Shown here piece after piece: positions 59,095-64,000 of a DNA stretch of 64,000 nt (position 1 is its first letter; every line of letters starts with the position of its first letter). Source of the stretch: an uncultured Acidobacteriota bacterium (GTDB lineage: Bacteria > Acidobacteriota > Thermoanaerobaculia > UBA5066); contig CAVZYA010000001.1 of NCBI GenBank assembly GCA_963779415.1, positions 384,001-448,000 on the forward strand, in the 5' to 3' direction. The notes beneath the pieces are model-generated. The model had not been told where the DNA came from. It did no database searches and saw nothing but the letters and a program-made list of their open reading frames with translations. A program made the position numbers and the translations under genes.

Positions 59095-59634
59095 TCACTC
59101 GGGAACGACGATGCCGACCCGACCGTCGCGCCGGCGGTAGAGAACGCGAAGCGCCGCATCCGCGCCGAGATCCCGGAAGACGAGGACCTCGCGGTCCGAC
59201 TCCTGGAACGCCGTGAGCGCGTCCTCCTCGAACATGGAACGGGAGGGCGAAGTCTCGCGGCGCGTCCCCGCCGGTCTCTCGCTCCGTCCCGTCTCGGCCT
59301 CGGGCCACACCTCGGGACGGCGAACGGAAGGCCGGGAGCGCTTCTTCTCTTCCCGGACCAGCGCCTTCGTCTTCTTCACCTGCCCCGCGATCCGGTCCAT
59401 CACCTCCTGCGCCGCGGTCCGCTGGTCGGGACCGCTCGCGGTCGCCTTCCAGGTCCGGTTCGCCCCGACGACCGCCACCTCGACCGCGACGTCGTTCTTC
59501 TCACGGCGGACGGCGACGTGCGCCTGCGCGGCGCGTGGAAAGAAGCGCTCCAGCTTCGCGAGCTTCCCGGCCACGACGTCCTCGAGCGAAGGATGGATGC
59601 GGATGCGCCGGGCGACGTACACGGTCTTCATCAT
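59095..59634 (-). CDS. hpf: Ribosome hibernation promoting factor, long form
   Basis: KL.KLERFF N-domain and C-terminal M..E.A......VFR....V.YRRRDG..G domain; follows rpoN. Confidence 0.85.
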   Translation of the reverse strand: MMKTVYVARRIRIHPSLEDVVAGKLAKLERFFPRAAQAHVAVRREKNDVAVEVAVVGANRTWKATASGPDQRTAAQEVMDRIAGQVKKTKALVREEKKRSRPSVRRPEVWPEAETGRSERPAGTRRETSPSRSMFEEDALTAFQESDREVLVFRDLGADAALRVLYRRRDGRVGIVVPE

Positions 59635-61319
59635 GATGCCTCCTCGTCCCGGACCGGTCCGCCTCCGGGCGCCCCGGCACCGGTTGCGACACTCTCGGTC
59701 TTTGGCTCGGCCTCCGGCTCCGACGCGGCTTCCGGGCCCGCCTCACCCGTCCGCCGGAGGGAGCTGGAGGGGATGTGCAGCTCTTCCCGGTACTTGGCGA
59801 CCGTACGACGGGCGATCCGGATTCCGTCGCGCGCGAGCAGCTCGGAAAGCCGGGCGTCCGAAAGCGGCCGGGTGGAGTCCTCGGCCTGGACCAGCGACTG
59901 GATGCGGTTCTTGACGGCGAGCGAGGAGACGTCCTCGCCCACCGAGGATGCGATGGCGGAGTGGAAGAAGAATTTCATCGGAACGAGGCCGCGCGGCGTC
60001 GTCATCCACTTGTTGGAGACGACACGCGAGACCGTCGACTCGTGCATGCCGATGTCCTCGGCGACGTCCCGAAGGACGAGAGGCCGGAGCTGGGAGACCC
60101 CGTACTCGAAGAAATCCCGCTGCTTGCGGACGATGGACTCCGCCACGCGGACGATCGTCCGTTTCCGCTGGTCGAGGCTCTTGAGGAGCCACTGGGCGGA
60201 CCGGACCTTCTCGCGCAGGTAGTTGCGGCTCTCGCCGTCGAGGGAGGCGTCCCGCGCCTGGAGCATCCGCCGGTAGAGCGTCGAAATCTTCAGTCGCGGA
60301 AGTCCGTCGTCATTGAAGAGGACGACGTAGTCTTCCTTCACCTTCGCCACGGCGACGTCCGGCTCGACGTAGATCGTCCGGCTCTGGTCGTAGCGGCGCC
60401 CGGGCCTCGGGTCGAGCCGGCGGATCCACTCGAGGGTCCGCTGCAGCTCCTCGAGCGGGATTCCGAGCTGCCGTGCCAGGAGAGGAGCGGCCTTCGTTCC
60501 GACGTCGTTCAGGCGGTTCGTGACGAGATCCACGAGGAGCGGCGTCGCGACGCCGGCGACGCGTGCCTGAAGGAGGAGCACCTCGGCGAGCGTCCGTCCT
60601 CCGACGCCCGGGGGGTCGAAGCTCTGGAGGAGACGGAGGGCTTCCTCCGCCGTCTCCAGGCTGCACGGGACGGCCGCCACGACCTCCTCGAGCGTCGCCC
60701 GGAGATACCCGTCCGGGTCGACGTTTCCGATCAGGAAAAAGCACGCCTCCCGCAAGGCGTCGGGCGCGTCGGAGACGCCGAGCTGCTCCGCGAGATGGGC
60801 ATCGAGCCCTCCCGTCGCCTCCGCCCGGTTCTCCAGGGAGAACTCCTCTCCCTCTTCCGACATCCGGGGCGCCGTGGCCGTGCCGTCGAGGTAGTCACCG
60901 AAAAAGGCCTCGACGTCGATCTCTCCGAAGGCCTCGTCCGTGGCCGGAGTGCTCGGGTCGAGGGCGGGCGCCGCCGGCGGGGCCTCGCTCGAGGGGACCG
61001 GGACGGGGACGTTCTCCGGAGGGTCGGCGGCCACGGACTCGGCAGCTCCTTCGTGTGCGTTCTCGCCGGACGTTGCGGCTGCCTCGGGGCCCTCGGCCAG
61101 CTCCCGCTCGCGGCTCTCCGTCGCCGACGGATCCTCGTCCGGGGCCGGAGTCGCCTCGGGGTCCTGTTCCTCGAGAACCGGATTCGAGACCAGCTCCTGG
61201 TTCACGACGTCCGAAAGCTCGAGCCTCGTCATCTGCAGCAGCTTGATCGCCTGCTGCAGCGTCGGCGTCATCACCAGCCGCTGTGAGAGCCTGAGGGAAA
61301 GTTTCTGCTCGAGTGCCAC
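59631..61319 (-). CDS. rpoN: RNA polymerase sigma-54 factor
   Basis: MTPTLQQAIKLLQ, DPPGVG, HESTVSR, PLSD, RpoN box ARRTVAKYRE. Confidence 0.97.
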   Translation of the reverse strand: MALEQKLSLRLSQRLVMTPTLQQAIKLLQMTRLELSDVVNQELVSNPVLEEQDPEATPAPDEDPSATESRERELAEGPEAAATSGENAHEGAAESVAADPPENVPVPVPSSEAPPAAPALDPSTPATDEAFGEIDVEAFFGDYLDGTATAPRMSEEGEEFSLENRAEATGGLDAHLAEQLGVSDAPDALREACFFLIGNVDPDGYLRATLEEVVAAVPCSLETAEEALRLLQSFDPPGVGGRTLAEVLLLQARVAGVATPLLVDLVTNRLNDVGTKAAPLLARQLGIPLEELQRTLEWIRRLDPRPGRRYDQSRTIYVEPDVAVAKVKEDYVVLFNDDGLPRLKISTLYRRMLQARDASLDGESRNYLREKVRSAQWLLKSLDQRKRTIVRVAESIVRKQRDFFEYGVSQLRPLVLRDVAEDIGMHESTVSRVVSNKWMTTPRGLVPMKFFFHSAIASSVGEDVSSLAVKNRIQSLVQAEDSTRPLSDARLSELLARDGIRIARRTVAKYREELHIPSSSLRRTGEAGPEAASEPEAEPKTESVATGAGAPGGGPVRDEEAS

Positions 61320-61357
61320 GTTGCGTTGGTCCGGCCTTTGCTTAGACCAGTTGGATT

Positions 61358-62098
61358 CTAGTCCAGGCGGAACCGTTCGCCGAGGTAGACGCGCCGTACC
61401 TCCGGGTCCTCCGAAAGGGCCGCCGGCGAGCCGGCGCGGAAGATGATCCCCGCGTTGATGATGTACGCCCGGTCGGTGATCGCGAGCGTATCGCGGACGT
61501 TATGGTCCGTGATCAGGACCCCGATCCCCCCCGCCGCGAGGTCGCGGATCACCTGCTGGAGGTCGAGGACGGTGATCGGGTCGATCCCCGCGAAGGGCTC
61601 GTCGAGGAGCATGAACTGCGGCGTCAGCGTGAGTGCCCGGGCGATCTCCAGCCGGCGCCGCTCGCCTCCCGAGAGGGTGTCCCCGACGGAATGAGCCAGG
61701 TGCGAGAGCTTGAACCGGTCGAGAAGCTGGTGCGCTCGAGCCTCCCGCTCCTCGCGGTCGAGAGGGAGCGTCTCGAGGATCGCGAGCAGGTTTTCGACGG
61801 CCGTGAGCTTGCGAAAGACCGAGGCTTCCTGAGGCAGATAGCCCATCCCCCGGCGCGCCCGCCGGAACATCGGAAGGGACGTGACGTCCTCCCCGTCGAG
61901 CCGGACGCGGCCCGAATCCGGCGCCACAAGGCCGACGACCATCGAGAAGGTCGTCGTCTTTCCGGCTCCGTTCGGGCCGAGGAGGCCGACGACCTCCCCT
62001 CCCGTGACGGAAAGGGAGACGCCGTCCACGACGCAGCGTCCGCGATAGCTCTTCCGGACCTCGGCGACCTCGAGAAGGGGGCCCGTGCCGTCGCTCAC
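61358..62098 (-). CDS. lptB: LPS export ABC ATPase
   Basis: [56 protein letters not shown]. Confidence 0.95.
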   Translation of the reverse strand: MSDGTGPLLEVAEVRKSYRGRCVVDGVSLSVTGGEVVGLLGPNGAGKTTTFSMVVGLVAPDSGRVRLDGEDVTSLPMFRRARRGMGYLPQEASVFRKLTAVENLLAILETLPLDREEREARAHQLLDRFKLSHLAHSVGDTLSGGERRRLEIARALTLTPQFMLLDEPFAGIDPITVLDLQQVIRDLAAGGIGVLITDHNVRDTLAITDRAYIINAGIIFRAGSPAALSEDPEVRRVYLGERFRLD

Positions 62099-64000
62099 GA
62101 CCCCTCCGGCTTGAACGTCGTCTCGCTCGGCACGGTGCCGGTCTCCACGTCCACCTGCGAGCGCCCCTGGCGAAACGTGAGCAGGGCCCCGGTCGAGCGA
62201 TTCCCCTTCCCGTCGACGGCCGTCGCGGGCTGCCCCTCGAGCGTGACGATCTCGGTCTCCGGCCGCCACGTCGCCTTCGTCCCTTCCCCGCGCCGGTGCT
62301 GCAGCCGGTCGACGAGGATCACCGAGCCGCGCGCTTCCGCGTACTCGACGTTCCGTTCCGCGCCGAGGCGCAGGTCGGTCACGTCCGCCGTCATCTGCCA
62401 CGCGCCGGAGATCACCTCCGCGTGCCCCTCGATCCGGACGAAGCGCTCGGCCTCACGGTGCGTCAGGAGGTCGCCCGAAGCGTTGATCGTCTCGGTACCG
62501 CCCGCCGCGCCGGACACGCCCTTGCGTCCGGAGCTCCGCGCGGCCGTTTCGCGCCGGAAGAAGACGTGCACGTTCTTCTCGGCGCGAACGCTCCGGTCGT
62601 CGTCATCCACGAAGAGCGACTCGCAGCGAAGCACGTTCTCCTTCTGCCACGCCCGGACGTTTCCCGCAAGCCGAAGGTGCTTTCGGCCGTCCGTCAGGCG
62701 GAGCGTGTCGGACTCCGAGAAAAGAGGTCCCCCCCCCCGCTCGCCGAAGAGGCCGGGACGCCCCTCGCCGATGAAGGAGGCCCGCACCTGCCCCGAAGCG
62801 TCGATCCGGTCGTCGCGCCGTCCGTAGGCGATCGTCGAGGCGACCAGCGTCGCCTCCGGATCCCGGTACTCGGCCGGGGTTCCGGTGACGACGGCCGCGT
62901 CGTCCGCGCCGCGAAGGGTCGCAACGGCACCCTTGACGGACGCACGCGTCCCGTCGGTCACCGAGACGCCCCCTTCGAAAAGGCCGACGTCGAGCTGCCC
63001 GTCGGGCCCGAACGTGAGCCGCGCGGAGCCGGCTGCGAGCGTTCGAAGTCCCCCGCCCGGGCGGACGTCGGGTCCGGCCGCCTCGCGCGCCGTCAGGCGG
63101 GACGGGGCATCGATCTCCGAGAGGACGCCGCTCTTGAAACGGGCTTCCAGCCGGACCGAGATTCCCGACCTCCCGTTCTCGCGGGGCCCGGGAGCAAGCT
63201 CGATCTCGGAGAGGGAAGGAGGCGTCGACGTGACGGCGAGGAAGGACGGCAGGGAGGCGCTGTCGCGCACGAGGTCGATGCCTTCGCCGAAAACCATCGC
63301 GGCACCCGGAAGGCGGCCGGCCACGGGGGCCAGAACGAGGATGGCGTCTCCCTCCGCCCGGAGCCGGTCTCCGTCTCCGTCCGTCGAGCGCTCGAGCGAT
63401 CGGGCCCGAATGACGATTCCTCTCGAGCGCGCGACGGTCTCGTCTCCCGTCGCCCGGATCGTTCCGCCCCGGGAGAGCTCGACGTGCGGCGACTCGAGGT
63501 CGAGGGCCTCTCCCTTTTCGGAGCGCCCCCGAAGGCGGACGTTTCCCGTCAGGAAGACCTGCCCGTCCTGCGTGGCCACGACGGCACCGTCCGCGTGGAT
63601 GACGAGGCGTCCTCTCTCTGCCGTCACCGGGCCCTCCGAGACGAGCTCGCGCTTCACCGGCTCGTAGTGGAAGGCCTCTCCCGAGATCCGCGCCTCCTCG
63701 CCGACGATCTCGACGCCGTCGAAGACCCGGAACGCGCGCGAATCCTCGGTGAACTCCGCCCGCGGCGCGTAGAGACGGACGCCCGAGGAGACCGCGGCGG
63801 GGCCCGTCTCGAACATCACGTCCTTCAGCCGGAATTTCTTCTCCCACTCCACGTCGAACCGGAGCGCCTCGGCCGCGAGAAGCCGGAACCGTCCTTCCCC
63901 CCCGCGCGTCTCGACGTACTCGAAGTCGCGGAAGCGCATCCGGTCGTGCACCGACCCGGCCTCGGCCACGAGCGTCCGGGCGATCTCGTCGCGCGCCTCC
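62095..64000 (-). CDS. Long LptC/LptA (OstA beta-jellyroll) family protein, 5' truncated by the window edge
   Basis: More than 630 aa of beta-strand repeats ([32 protein letters not shown]), coupled to lptB by a GTGA overlap. Confidence 0.75.
   Translation of the reverse strand, partial: EARDEIARTLVAEAGSVHDRMRFRDFEYVETRGGEGRFRLLAAEALRFDVEWEKKFRLKDVMFETGPAAVSSGVRLYAPRAEFTEDSRAFRVFDGVEIVGEEARISGEAFHYEPVKRELVSEGPVTAERGRLVIHADGAVVATQDGQVFLTGNVRLRGRSEKGEALDLESPHVELSRGGTIRATGDETVARSRGIVIRARSLERSTDGDGDRLRAEGDAILVLAPVAGRLPGAAMVFGEGIDLVRDSASLPSFLAVTSTPPSLSEIELAPGPRENGRSGISVRLEARFKSGVLSEIDAPSRLTAREAAGPDVRPGGGLRTLAAGSARLTFGPDGQLDVGLFEGGVSVTDGTRASVKGAVATLRGADDAAVVTGTPAEYRDPEATLVASTIAYGRRDDRIDASGQVRASFIGEGRPGLFGERGGGPLFSESDTLRLTDGRKHLRLAGNVRAWQKENVLRCESLFVDDDDRSVRAEKNVHVFFRRETAARSSGRKGVSGAAGGTETINASGDLLTHREAERFVRIEGHAEVISGAWQMTADVTDLRLGAERNVEYAEARGSVILVDRLQHRRGEGTKATWRPETEIVTLEGQPATAVDGKGNRSTGALLTFRQGRSQVDVETGTVPSETTFKPEGS

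Overview
GC-rich (about 70% by eye) core chromosomal region of a diderm bacterium, most consistent with Acidobacteriota (Thermoanaerobaculia-like); this is an inference from the fused LptFG, Ser/Thr kinase-PEGA and secreted-protein architectures. About 58 genes. In order: a ceramide/sphingolipid cluster (extended SDR, Spt, GNAT ceramide synthase, two Aur1-like PAP2 enzymes), nfeD-SPFH, lipA, lnt, prfB (programmed frameshift), a fragmented FG-GAP secreted protein, a TPR/kinase module, hppD-hmgA, xerD, a complete 4-hydroxyproline catabolic operon, guaA, dnaE, a tRNA nucleotidyltransferase, metK-sahR-ahcY with a clear operator, fused lptFG, and parA/parB-DUF151-miaB-PTS-rpoN-lptB-lptA on the minus strand. 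Key non-coding observations: (1) a 28-bp dif site at 49774-49801 whose XerD arm equals the E. coli arm, where gene orientation converges, so this looks like the replication terminus; (2) a ParA/ParB pair ending 123 bp from dif, which is unexpected because chromosomal parAB normally sits at oriC; (3) a recurrent AT-rich motif (wTTCTTnGAAGG) in inverted pairs 98-117 bp apart, superimposed on coding sequence; (4) many -10 boxes 5-7 nt before start codons, suggesting leaderless mRNAs. Several single-base homopolymer frameshifts suggest long-read assembly errors. No rRNA, tRNA, CRISPR array or transposase was recognised.
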